A DNA stretch of 56,270 bases, filler included, from Dugesia japonica (Eukaryota), in NCBI GenBank assembly GCA_001938525.1. It is 5 parts of 5 records of this genome, joined end to end, with 100 filler letters (N's around TTAATTAATTAA, not from the genome) between each part and the next. Parts side by side here need not be neighbours in the genome. Positions count along the whole stretch, not along the records: positions 8,339 to 20,720 come from MQRL01621793.1; positions 20,821 to 32,144 come from MQRL01403000.1; 3 more parts are not named here. One strand, 5' to 3'. Of this stretch, positions 11,520 through 24,736 are shown piece by piece (position 1 is the first letter of the stretch; the number at the start of each line of letters is the position of its first letter). The notes below the pieces were generated by a model. That model was not told the origin of the DNA. It saw only the letters and a program-made list of their open reading frames with translations, and did no database searches. The translations under genes and the position numbers were made by a program.

Positions 11520-14500
11520 TCATTTCTTAAAAATACAGAAAAATCTTTTAAGTGACTTCTTCTTATGAAAACTTTTATTTAAAAACTTATTTCCCAACAG
11601 TTCAGTAGCAGTTGCTCGTTTCTTTGGATTGCATTGCAACATTAGATCAAGAAATTGTTTTAATTCTTTTGATAAATTTTCAGGATACTTTATTGTATTC
11701 GACAATTGATTTTTGAATAAAACATTTTGTGTTGCCTTAATGCACGGTGTTTCTCCTGTTTATTAAAAATAAGAATTTTAATATTGCTTTCTAAAAATTA
11801 AAAATAATTTTGGAAACTAATTGAAGAGAAAATTAATTTTAAATATAAATTTATCAAAACACATAAATATTGAAATTCCAAAATTGAAGTAAAACTTAAA
11901 ATACGAAATATTCCAAAAATCTATGAATAAAGGCAACATTCATTTTATTAAATTAAAAGATGGGGAGAAGAACGTTGTTATGATATTTATTTTGTTAGTC
12001 AATCAAACATCAGTAAGTAGATAGGTCAGCATGGCCGCACTAATTTGTTTGGTAAATTTGTTTGATCTTGAATTGTGATTGGTCAATTGAAAATAATTTT
12101 CTATCACCCTCTCACAAGCGAAAATAGATTACATGTGGTGTCTAACTCGGTATAAGTTATCGTATAATTTTGATTGTTGATAGTATCAGATTTTTGATCG
12201 GATCAACTTTTCTGATCAGATCTAAAATCTTTATTTTTTTTTAGTTTTTTGTATTAATTAATGGTAAGATTTTCTTTTAACTTGAAAATTCGTTTTTTTA
12301 AAAAAATTTTGAAAAAGATATTGCGGTATTGGTGACGGATGGTATTGAACATATGTGTGTGGAGAATGTATGAATGTTATCATATTTATGTGTGTTCACT
12401 TTTTTGAAGTTTTAAGATTGGATTTGCCCAGGTCCTAGAATTCGACCTATACGTTTTTTAAAGGACTTATAGTGTAAAATGTGCCTGAGGGTTACAAATT
12501 TTGGTCACCATGACCACATAATGATGAGTAATAGCGTATTTTTGTTAATAAGGGTGTGGTGTAATGAGTTGCTAGAATCTTGGAAATTTAGAGTTGTTGA
12601 AAAGAGGAAGTGTTGAGGTAGGTGATGATGTTTGTTTTAAGTTGATTTGATGGATTATTTTGTTATTTGATGGTTACAGTTTAAAGGTTTGTAAATTACA
12701 TAGGTATACGAAAATATTGTTTTCTAAGGTGTGCTTTATTTTTAGTAGGAGAAAAGATATGAAAAATTATGATGTTTTTTTAATTTTAAATTTTATGATA
12801 TAATTAATGAAAGAATTTTTGGCGAATTTTAAAATTTGTTTTATTTTTTTAAAACTTTTATTTATAAAAATATTAGTATTGATAAAAGGCGGTATGGTAT
12901 GAGTGCGTGTGGAAAGTGTAGATGTACATTTAAGTGTAATGTGATGTGTATAAATACGAAATTTGACTCAAAAAGTGTGTATACATGTGTGCTAACTTTT
13001 TTGAGGTTTTGATGATGAAATTGATCAGGCCCTTAAATTCGACTCATACATTGCCTAAAGGGCTAAAAGTGTAAGCTTTGTTTGAGGGTTACAGACTTAA
13101 ATCTGTATGACCAAATATTGATGGGTTATCGCGCACATCACTTAAAATCAACCTGGTGTTGTACGTAGCTGTCATATTTAGATGAATTTAATGTTTTTTA
13201 AAAGAAAAAAGCATTAAGACTGCCCAAAAATCATCTACAAACACACTCGTCCCTCTTCTGCTATAATTTTTAAAAATTCACACATATACATCCNNNNNNN
13301 NNNNNNNNNNNNNNNNNNNNNNNNNNNNNNNNNNNNTATCCTTTTATTTTTCTTGTTTCTACTAAAAATAAAGCACACCTCGGAAAAAATCTTTTTGTGT
13401 ACCCATACAAAACCAAAGGATTTTCTCCTTTGAAAAATAAATCAATAATCCATCAAACCACCTTGAAACCCGTGCTATCACACGGGTAAACACTTTCCAA
13501 CAATATTAAATCCAATAACTACCTACAAAACCAGACCGATTTTAAGAGAAGTGCGCGATAATTCATCACTGTGCGTTCATGCTGACATAAATCTGTAACC
13601 TTCAGACCAAATCTTACACTCTAACTCCTTTAGGCAATGTATGGGTTGAATTTGAGGCTCTGGTCAATTCCATCATCAAAACCTCAAATAGTGAACACAC
13701 AAACGCACACACCTTGGATCAATTTTCATTTTTAACAATATCTTTACAACACGTCGCAATTCCATATAAATTGCACCTAAATGTGCATCTAAACTTTTCA
13801 CTCATACTCATATACCATACCGCCTCGCATAAATTCCAAAATAATTATATATAAAAGTATAAAAAAAAATTTTAAAAAAATAAAATAAATTTTAAATTCT
13901 AGCAGAAAATTCCTTCAATAATTATATCAAAAAAATAAAAATTAAAAGAATAAATTTATCAACACATACCCTACTAAATACGATTAAAAAAATTATACAC
14001 ACATATCTAATTCTCGGAAAAATCTAAATCATATTTTTTCATATTCCTTAATCTTGCCTCTTTCTATTAAAAATAAAGCACACATAGAAAATATTTTTTT
14101 CGTGTACCTATACAAACCTTTAAACTTAAACCATCAAATAACAAAATAATCCATGAAATCAACCCAAAACCAACACCATCATTTACCTCAACATCTTCTC
14201 TTTTCAACAACTCTAAATTCTTATTTTTTATTAGGAAATTTTAAAAAAGCGTAAATTTAATACTTCAAAATTTTAATTGTAAAGGTTTATATTAAATTCA
14301 GTGTTCATTAACATAAGTTTATAAAGGTAAATGTAAAATTTAATTTCAGAGATTTTTAAAAAGGTTTAGTGTAAAACTTTTTAATACAAATTTTTAATTT
14401 GAAATTTTTGATTTCAATAATTTTAAATATAAATGTTTAATGTAAAAATTATTAATGAAATTTTAAGGAATATTTATTATCGAGGGGTAAAAATATATAA

Positions 14501-17500
14501 ATAATAAGTAAGAAAAATAATAATTGAAAAATAAATTTAGAAAATAAATAATAGGTATAAAAATGAAAGGTAAAATTAATTAATAAGACAGTAAATTAAT
14601 TTTAAAGTAAATTTAATTATTCTTGAAAAAAATAATTATAATAAAGTTAAAGCACAAATAAAAGAACTGTAATTAAAATTTATTTAACAAATTTTGCTTG
14701 ATGCTTCAATGCTGATTTTGGTTTTACAGGTCTTTCTCAATTACGTCTCTCACTAATCAGAATATTGCTACTGCTGGTGGTTTACATTGTTTCAAACGTA
14801 TTGCCATTCAAACAAAATGCTTGCAGATATAATCTTTCATATGGACAGAACAACTACAAATAAATTTTTACCAATCAGCTTGATTTGCAAGTAGACACCA
14901 TATTTTTAATGATTTTTTCTACAGCAAAAATGTTTTGTCTTTACCAGTTTCAATTATATTTTCTTCATTATTGTAAATAAATGTTTTTCTTTTTATAAGT
15001 AGTAAATATATATTTATATATATAATTACAATAGGGATGCAACACATATGCAACACACATGCATCCCAAAATCAAGTGTCTGTGATTTTTAGACTGCTCG
15101 AACATTCATCTAAAAACTCCCCAAGCCCTCCACACTATGATTTTCAAAAATACTTACACATACACCCACACCCCAGAAATAATCGAAACCATGGCTTTTC
15201 TTATGCTTTTATCTTTCCTCTTTTTAATAAAAATAAAGCACACTTCAAATTTTTTTTCGTGTACCTATACTACTTACAAACCTTTAAACGTTAACCATTA
15301 AAAAATATATCAATAATCAATCAAATCTACGCAAAACCACCATCATCACCTGCAGCAACATCGCTTCTTTACAACAACGCTAAATTCCCACAAATTTAAA
15401 AACATAGTTTAAAATGAGCGATAACTCATCACTACGGTCATGCTGACAGAAATTTGTAATCCTCAGGCACATTTTACAATATTAGTACTTTAGAAAATGC
15501 ATAAGACAAATTCGAGGGCTCAGTCAAATCTATCCTCGAAACCTAAAAATCAATAAACCACACACATACCTAGTGAGAAAATTTTCGTTTTTTCACTATA
15601 TCTTTACGCACACACACATCAATTCCATAAAAGTGAACCCATATGTGCGCCTTCAATTTCCACACAACCCCAATACTCACAAAAAAATATTTTAAAAAAA
15701 TTTAAAGAAAATTAAAACAAAATTTAAAATTAGTTGTACACAATTAGATTTTAAAAATTTATTTTATAACTTATTTTTGTGATACAAATTTTAAAAACAA
15801 ACTTGTCTTTAATAAATTCCATTTTAAAACCCAAAAAATTCCAATCTGTTTTAAAAGACTATCTTATAAATATGATTTAAAGATTTTGAAATATTTATTT
15901 AAAAAACACTCAATGACACTATAATGAATATGTAACCTTTAACGACCTATTATATTATTATTTTCGAGTACTTCAAAGTATACACATACGCACATACATT
16001 CAATCATGAATACACATTTTTAAATACATACATCAATTGACGACTTTAAATATATAAACATCGACATATGAATATTATAGAATTCACAGTCACGTTTCAC
16101 AATGATCTTAAAACAAACTATTAAAAATATAAACCAACCTGTAGACATTTCATAAACTGTTGCACCAACTGACCATATATCAGTTTCGAGATTATAATTT
16201 TTACCACAAATCATTTCGGGTGACATGTAACACTTAGTCCCACACATCGATTTCGAGGAAAAAGTTGATTCAGAAGTAAAAATGCGACTAAATCCAAAAT
16301 CAGCTATTTCAATATTTCCAAGTTCATTAATCAAGATGTTGTCACCTAATTGGAATGGATAAATAAAATTTAACAATTATTCTAAAGTACTTTTAATGTC
16401 TCTATGACATATATTACCAATGTGAAGATACGCAACACCTTCAAGGATTTGTTTGCTATATTTTTTTATAGTTTCTTCAGATAGAAATCCCCCCATATTT
16501 TTAATTTCATCTTTTAAGGATCCCTAGAAAATATTTGAATTATTGATAAAATATTAAATAAAATATAATTATATATAAATATAATTTTAATTATGTAAAT
16601 ACAAAATTTCTCTGCATTTATTCATTAATTAGTTTAATAAAGCAAATAAAGAAATGTTTTATTTTCGATGATATAAATATTTAGAAATATTCATTAATAC
16701 GAGATAATAATGTTCATAAAATGTATATTTTAAATTTTTTTCAAAATTTTAATAGCCATTATTATATTTTAAAAGGTTACCGTATTTTACGCAAGATACC
16801 GCGTACCAGCAGATAACGCGCATCTTACAGGGTTTTCAACTTAATTTAATCATTTTGCAATTTAATTTAATCCTTTTGCAATTTTGTTTAATGTTTTCAA
16901 AATTTAGTAAATATTTAAATAATCTAAAATTATTATAAAATTAGTTATTACTTCTTTCTCAACATAATCCAATAAATGTCCTATAAACATATTAAAAGAT
17001 ACACACAGCTGCCAGTACAGAAATATTTTTAATTCTTATTGCCCGAAAAATTTTCCTTGGTGTTGTATTGATTAAACTTTTTCCAATTTTTGTCTCGAAG
17101 AGCAACTTATTCCAAACTCATCAAGAAATATCACCTTATATTCATCATAAATTAAATATTTCACTCAATGATCATACCTTTTTTCAATATTACTTTCTGA
17201 ATTTCTTTGTTGAGGAATTAATTGTATTCTTTTAAAGGAATAATTTAATGTTGTTATTGAATTATTAATGGTACTAATACTAGCTTTAATATTAAGTTCG
17301 GATTGTAATTTATTTTTCAACTGATTTGAAGTAATTGAAACATCTTCTTCTATTGCTGGTCGAATAAAATTTTTACCTTTTTCAGTTATAATTTTAGTTC
17401 NAGCTTGTCGATTACACTTAGCTGAAATTCTGCCAATAGTTTTATAAAGTCTTATAACCGAATTTATAGTTTTATAATTCAACTCAAGTTCCGAAGCTAT

Positions 17501-19601
17501 TTGAGCCGGAGTTTTATCATCATCATATTTGTTGCAAATACGGGATCTGATATCTTCTGTGAGCTGTTTTTCTCTCGAAATAATGTTTTCCATTTTAGAT
17601 TATTTAAATATTTACTAAATTTTGAAAGCATTAAACAAAATTGCAAAAGGATTAAATTAAATTACAAAAGGATTAAATTAAATTTCAAAAGGATTAATCG
17701 AATTGATAAAATAAACACTTCGCTTTTCAATACAGTTTTTTCCCTATGTATAACGTGCATAGTCATATTTGCTCGATTTATATACTTTTTGTATAGATAA
17801 TGCGCAAGGCGGAAAATACGGTAATTGATTTTAAAATAATATATTTCGGTATTTTTAAGTAAATGTTTTTCACTTGTTAATTACTGATCGGTATTTATCA
17901 AATAAAAAGTTTCGAAATGCTATAAATTGACAATTGACAACCTCATTGTTTTGATCTCAGCATTTTGCCAAACATTATTGATAAATATAGATCAACATAA
18001 ATATATATCGATTCTGAGGCGCCTGTAACGTCCGTAATTTTTGAATTTATTTTTAATTTTTCAATCTGAGAATATTTTGCAAATTTCTTTGGTTTGAATT
18101 AATAAAAGAGGAGTAAAATTCAATGTTATTACAATAACGCGTTAGTATTTATTTGCTCCACTATTTCGTTATAAAAAATATTGCGAGTAAATTGCCTTGC
18201 GTCATTTAGTAATGGTTCTTGTAATTCACACAAAATGTCACGGTTGATCGGATTTACTAGATCATCCCAAACTAATTCAAATATCCGTTAACCATTATGG
18301 TATATTAGTTTGTAAATTTCAAACCATTGATACAAATTATCATTGACTTTTTACTTGTGTGCGAACGTTTCAGAGTGAGGCAATGAGCGAATATTTAGTT
18401 TATCTTAAATATATCAATTTAAATATCAACGTTCCAGCGTTAGTCAGTGAGTGAATTAAGTGTTTATATTATAAATGTTTTTCGTTAAAGTGCGATGATC
18501 ATTAACAATTTTTCCTTGATAAAGTGATTCGTTGATATACATTCTAAGGCTTTCATAATTTCTGTAGCGAGTAAGTGCAACATCGACTTGGCCATGAGAG
18601 AAAACTGGTTCAAGTAAATACACGTCCAATTTATCAAATTATTGACCTTGGCCTTAATAATGGTTATAGAGAATGCCAAGATTACTGGAAAATTTTAAGC
18701 ATATCAATTAAGATTTAAAACTTTTAAATTTATAAGTTTAAAATTTATTAGCTTAAAATATTTTGTTTAACTGAAGCGTTCAAGAGTGAATCAACCAGTG
18801 AATGAATAGCGTAATGATATTAAACATGGTTAACAAGTGAAAACATTTATTATAATGCTTATTTAAATTAACTGCAAGCATTTTCAATAAATTTAATGTT
18901 GTAAAATCTTAACCAAACTAATTGCGAATAACAAAGAGAGAAAGAAACTTACAAAGCCATTAATGATAGAGTTCCCAAATTTATGTTAGTCTATTACATT
19001 AGAAAAACGTACTTATTTGAAAAATCATTAATACAACTTGAATAAAATAAGAACTATGAAAATCAATAAATATTGCTACGATATAAATTTATAATAGATA
19101 ACTTAATAAATTAATTCTTTATGAAAAAATTCAACTTATCATGTAAACCCAAAAATTAGTGCGGCTTTAGAATATGCAGCATTAATCACAGAATAAAGTA
19201 AGCATTATATATATATATATATATATAACACCATTTAAAATAAAACTTTATTGTTAAATATTTCATCATCAGACAAAATGCAAAATATGAGATTATTCAA
19301 ACAAAGATTCAAGTAATTATATAATTTTACAAACTACTTACACGTTCCATAAATTTCATAAAAATGAAAAAGTATTTATCGTTTTTTACGGTTCCATAAT
19401 ATTTTATAATTCTTTCATGATTAATAAGAGGTTTGTATTCATCAATCTTATTTTCAATATATCTTATATCATCATTTGTATCACAATTTAAACGTTTTAT
19501 TGCAAAAACACGATTTGAATTTGATTCCGTTGCTTTGTAAACAGTGCCAAAACCGCCTTTTTTAATAACTTTGTCTTTTTTGAAATTTGTTGTTGTTACA
19601 G
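11520..19601 (-). CDS. Ser/Thr protein kinase, MAP3K/STE11 (MEKK)-like; 5'-incomplete, 4 exons
   Basis: Exons 19601-19342, 16523-16391, 16345-16139 and 11755-11520 are all GT-AG and phase-consistent. Protein: KKGGFGTVY..FAIKRL..HERIIKYYG..IFMKFMER|GSLKDEIK..KQILEGVAYLH..HRDIK|SDNIL..ADFG..GTKCYMSPE..DIWSVGATVYEMST|GETP..LQCNPKKRATATELL. The first exon begins at a TTTAG acceptor with no ATG. Confidence 0.92.
12330..15730. repeat. Array of a ~600-700-bp repeat unit in tandem and inverted orientation, inside a kinase intron
   Basis: The anchor AAAATAAAGCACAC occurs at ~13364, ~14069 and ~15229 (+) and ~12743 (-). Units share TGTAACC.TCAG.C and TAATCCATCAAA motifs. Orientation flips near the gap at 13294-13336. 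Confidence 0.8.
14690..14950 (-). mobile_element. MULE-type transposase C-terminal remnant (SWIM finger)
   Basis: ICSCSVHMKDYICKHFV*MAIRLKQCKPP is a CxC..CKH SWIM motif, followed by a degenerate RP.KPKSAL basic tail. Confidence 0.5.
16780..17821 (-). mobile_element. IS630-Tc1-mariner superfamily element, internally deleted, with long inverted arms
   Basis: Ends are TA-CCGTATTTT ... AAAATACGG-TA. A ~90-bp inverted repeat lies at 16841-16930 and 17592-17690. ORF 17593-17165 encodes HTH domains (PAQIASELELNYKTINSVI; LKNKL..NIKASISTINN), then VIFLDEFG and IILD of the DDE core. Confidence 0.85.
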
Positions 19602-19658
19602 CTAAATTAATATTCAATTTTAAATTAAAAAATTGATATGAAAAAATTCATAATAAAG

Positions 19659-20134
19659 TAGATAGTAGGGCACTGGATCAACCCCTAACCCTTCGTCAAC
19701 GAAGTGATTCAGAGATTTTTCAGGAAGGTCGAATTTCAAAATTTTGGTTTAGAATTGGTTCGGTCAAATTGTATCATATGGTTTCAAATTTAATATCGTT
19801 GGACTCAGAATAAAAACTGATATAAATATGCTTAATTTTCAATTTCAAGGTTTTAGCGCACGGGATCAGTCGAATCTGACCATTAAAAATATTTTTAAAA
19901 CATTTTGGCTGTTCACTCGGATTACCATAAAATTTGCAAATTTAAACAAATAGGACTTTTCCAACCAATTTCTGAAAAAATTTGACCGATTATGTAAACA
20001 TTGTATGAAAATTCTGCACCAATGTATAAAAAATTTGATTGCATAATATTACTGAAAAAATGTTCCCAACTAAATACAGAGATTAGTTAATCCTCATACG
20101 TCAGCGGGAGGTTGGTACAGTGCGCCACTATCTA
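19659..20134. mobile_element. Non-autonomous TIR element with TAGATAG termini (possibly Academ-like)
   Basis: TIRs TAGATAGTAGGGCACTGGATCAACC and reverse-complement TAGATAGTGGCGCACTGTACCAACC; flanks are AAG and ATG. Related ends occur at ~9012, ~30552, ~30909, ~32032 and ~46990. Confidence 0.6.
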
Positions 20135-20820
20135 ATGATTTATATAATTTATTAAGATCAATTTTCAAAAAAAATTTCTGATAATTAATAATTTTTTTAT
20201 GGAAAATTTTGAAAAATATTAAATTAACTATTATCTCGGAAACTCCTGTAGACTCCGTAAGTTCAACACATCACACCCTTATGAAAATTTAACGACGAAT
20301 TGTAAAAAATGATTTTTCTTAATATACTGTAAAAGTTCTAATAAGCTTGTTAATTATTGATATTATTTTTTTGTTCATAACAATGAACATACTTTATAAG
20401 TACTAAATTAAATTTACCATAATTAAAACGCAAAAATAAATTNNNNNNNNNNNNNNNNNNNNNNNNNNNNNNNNNNNNNNNNNNNNNNNNNNNNNNNNNN
20501 NNNNNNNNGACTTCTTAATTTCCAATTTCAATATTTTATGTTATTTTAACAAGTTATTGAACTTTTTTAGAAATTTCTAATTTTACTGTATTCTGGAGAT
20601 AATCACATTGGTGAATCATTTACAATAATGCATTACTACACACATTATTTCATCAAATATATAGTAGTATATTTATGAAAACTCAAGTTAAGTTGAATGA
20701 TTATTCTAAGTATTATGTGANNNNNNNNNNNNNNNNNNNNNNNNNNNNNNNNNNNNNNNNNNNNTTAATTAATTAANNNNNNNNNNNNNNNNNNNNNNNN
20801 NNNNNNNNNNNNNNNNNNNN

Positions 20821-22345
20821 CTATTACCACTTCCTTTTCCTCTTTGCATTGACTAAGGACTGCACCGATAGCCCCAAAACTAGCATCAGTGTCTTAAATG
20901 AACATCCGATCTTCTCTTGGATATTCTAATACTGGATCACTACACAGCTTGTCTTTTAATGCATTGAAACTGTTGTAGCATGTTTCTGTCCAAACTAACG
21001 GTTTGTTACAACCTGAAGTTGATTTATATAAAGGAGCTGCTATCTTTACATAATCGTTTATTAAACATCTGTAGTAGTTTGTTAGTCCGAGAGGCAAACG
21101 AAGTTTTGAAGAACATTCTGGAACTATAGCATTATTAATTACCTGAATTTTAACTTTATTAGAGCGTATACCAGTTGCACTAACTTTATGTCCCAAGAAT
21201 AACACTTCTTTCTAATAAAACGTAGATTTCTCTGGGTTTATTCTTAATCCCGAGTCTCTGGTCATGTAAAAGACTGTCTTTAACATTTTATTGTGATCCT
21301 CCAAAGTTTTTCCGTACACCAGAATATCGTCCAGATATACAATAACTCCTTTGAAAATTAATTCCTCCAATAACTCGTACATTAACTTTTAAAAAGTGGT
21401 CGGTGCTGTAGCTTTTAATATGCTGTCTTTTAATGAGCATTGGTATCGTTTATGCCCATGTTCTGCGTAGCAATAACTTTGTCCGTTTTGGGCATTTTTC
21501 TTACTGAGATTCTGGAAATCCTCTATTTCTATTAAAATAACATCTTACCAAATATTTTATTGATACTGTTGGTTTCGGCCTCATCACTTGTGTTCTATCT
21601 TCCATCACCACTGGTTGTATGTTCCTCTCATAAAATCTTTTACAGGCAAATTTTTTACGTCTATCCTCTTCAACTCTATTTATGTACGGTTTAACTACAT
21701 TTGCAAAACATTTTTTTTATCATACAAATATCTTCTTTTTCGGAGATTCGTTGATAATGTTCTTTATCTTCGTAAATCTTTGCTAGGGATCTCATTTCCG
21801 TGATCTTCATATCAGGACGTGTTGTTAATGTTTTTCTCAACTTTGTATTTTTAACCTACTTTGAGAGTACGTCATTAATTATTTCATCTTTACTTAGTCC
21901 TGAATTCATGACATTATCAATCAGATTTCGTACTCTGATTTCGAATGTCTCAGATCGTTCTTCGCTCTCTTGTTTTACCATTGCTAATTCTAAAACCAGC
22001 TCTGAAAACGATTTTATTTATCATGAATGTGTCCGTAAACCATATTTTGGCTATCTCCATTGTGATTTCAATATTTTAAAGAATTCCTGCTTCGTCTGAC
22101 AGTAGCAAACCAAAGATATCCATCAAATTAAAATCGTTAACGATTGTTTACTCTTCGATATGTTTAAACCCTTTTGAAGCTTCTTCTACACCTTTTCCGT
22201 CATATTTTCTAACGTTAAAATTCATTAACTCTTGCGCTTTGTTTGGTAACGCATCTAAAATTGCTTTCCGTTGATGCTGTTGTCTTGTTACCGCATTTAC
22301 AGTTTTGGTGTGGATGCCAGTTACAATATTCTTGTCCTCTATCAT
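20821..22345 (-). mobile_element. Ty3/gypsy gag-pol remnant (gag, zinc knuckle, RT C-half, RNase H)
   Basis: Gag-like start ..VRKYDGKG; degenerate knuckle CYAEHGHKRYQC; VYLDDILVYG; FLGHKVSATGI..LGLTNYYR; DTDASFGAIGAVLSQ. Confidence 0.88.
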
Positions 22346-22439
22346 ATTTCAATAACAACTAAGAATAGACACTTTATTAAACATAATTTATAACGTTAAT
22401 TCGTATTATTCAAACAACGTTATTTCGAATTTCCATAAC

Positions 22440-23832
22440 TAAGATCAAATTTTTGGGACACGTTATCAGTAAAGAAGGTGTCAAAACAGATCTAACTAAG
22501 ATAAAAGCAATTAAAAACTTTGGTAAATCAAAATGCGTTAAGAAAATCAGAAGCTTTTTGAGAACTTGCAATTACTACCGAAAGTTTATTAAAGATTATT
22601 TGAAAAAAAGCTAGATTGCTGGAACAATTGCGTAGTCAGCCGAGTAACAAGAAAATTGGCAAACGAATTAGAAGAAGTTTTTAATGGAATGAAAGAAGCA
22701 CTAATGATGTCTCCAATATTATATTTTCCAGATAAAAATAGGATTTATTTTGGACACGAATGCGAGTTTCAATACGATTAGGGCAGTACTATCTCAAAAG
22801 GACAACAATGGGGAAGAAAAAGTAATTGCATACGCAATGACGAGTTACGAGAAATGATATTGTACTTCGTGGAAAGAATTGTTCGCAATTTACTACTTCT
22901 GTATTCATTTCAAACATTACTTATATGGGTAGAGATTTATCCTCAGAACAGACCATAAAGCTATCACTTTTATGCTAAATAACATGAAACCGATCACATC
23001 ACAGTTTCAAACTTGGATTAATTATTTGAGCAGTTTAGATATAAAACTGGAATATAGACAAGGATCACTTCATACAAATGCAGATATGTTGTCAAGGAGT
23101 AAATGCGATATATGTGCACAGCCAGCCAAAATGTTTGAGTTGTTATTTTTATGTTATGTACAGAAGATAAGAGGTTGGAAAAAATATGTTCTTGGTATAA
23201 TAGATCAATGCAGTAAGTATGTAATAACAAAACAAGATGAAGATACCATACGGCAGGCAATAATGGAGAAGTGGATATTAAAGTTCGGGTGTCCGAGAGA
23301 AATTCGAGTTGATTGTGGAAGAGCATTTGAGTCTAAAGCAATGAAAGATTTTGCCGCTGAAAATTGAATTATCCTCAGGCTTTAGAGTCCATATCATCAT
23401 AACAAAAATGGACAAATTGAGAGACAGTTTAGAACTATGCAGGATTTGATAAATGCAATACTTAAAGAAAGAAAAACCTTAGATTGGACTGATGTATTGC
23501 CAGAGATAGAATTTACTTTGAATGCTACAAATCAGAAGACCATCGAGAAAGTCCCTGCTGAAATCGTATTTTGGAAGAAAATAAGCATAGAAAAAAGGTA
23601 CGAAACCGATACTAAAAAGTGCACAAAGAGCAAGATGAAGAGAAACTAACCAAAAGACAATTCGAGGTCGGTGATGATAAGATGAACGTCGAAACAAGAA
23701 CCAAGATCGTTTTGAAGGAACATATAAGATCAAGAGGAAGGTTCACGACAGACGTTACATCCTGGAAGATACAAACGGAAAAGTCTTAAAAGAAACGAAG
23801 ATATAATCAAAAAATCTTTTTAAAAGGGAGAT
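22440..23832 (+). mobile_element. Ty3/gypsy pol 3' part (RT end, RNase H, integrase) with polypurine tract
   Basis: KFLGHVISKEG; ELFAIYYF..FILRTDHKA; EYRQGSLHTNADMLSR; LGIIDQCSKY; FGCPREIRVDCG; PYHH..NGQIERQFRT; RFEGTYKI. PPT AAAAGGGAGA is followed by TG at ~23832. Confidence 0.9.
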
Positions 23833-24736
23833 GAAAGGTAGTTTTTAAAAGCAGATTTAATTTTTTGTATTTTGAGGCGGAATTTATTGAAATCAGTTAG
23901 TTAAATATTTAAATAAGAAAATAAGATAAATATAAATAATGTATTTTTAAAATATATATAATGTATTTTTAAAATATATATATAGTGTATTTTTAATATA
24001 TATATATTTATAATCTATCAGTTTGTTTAAATATTTAAATAAGAAAATAAGATAAAATATATATAATGAATTTCTATATTAGAAATTTAATAAATTTTGG
24101 ATAAATTAAAATAAGATAAAATAAATAAAAGGTATTTCTAAAATTTGACATAAGATAAATTTTAAAATGTTTTGCAAATACTGATATTTTCTGTTTTGAA
24201 TAAAAAATTTTAAATTGGTTTGAAAAAATCAAATTTACATGTATATTTCATTTTAATAAATCTTGTAATGCATTTGAGTTCTGATATTGATGATTCGACG
24301 AGTTTTTCAAACTCATCTAACAATATTATTTAGGAAAACGAAGACTAAGAGCAAAAATATATTATCTTGTAAAGAAAAACAAGAAAGTTGAAGATTTATT
24401 TTATATAGATGAATTTGAACCGGGATTTATTTGGGAACGGAAAATAATTAAAGCAAATAAATGGATAGAAAATAAAACTTTTGGGATAATATTTCTTCAT
24501 GTTAATTATTTAACTTAAAAAATTGTGGGTTATGCAAATAGTTTTATAATATTAAAGAAACTTAGATACTTTTTACATAAATAATGTATACAACATTGAA
24601 CTTATTTTGCAATTATGTTTAAATTCTGGTTAAACATTTAAAGTAATCAAGAGTAACACAAATTTCAACCAATGCATACAAACTTTACATTAAATACTTA
24701 TCAACACCGAATATATAAGCAAAAACATTTAATAAA

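Noticed and set aside
19680-19695. CCCTAACCCT telomere-like motif
   Set aside because: Fewer than two units, and it lies within a transposon end.
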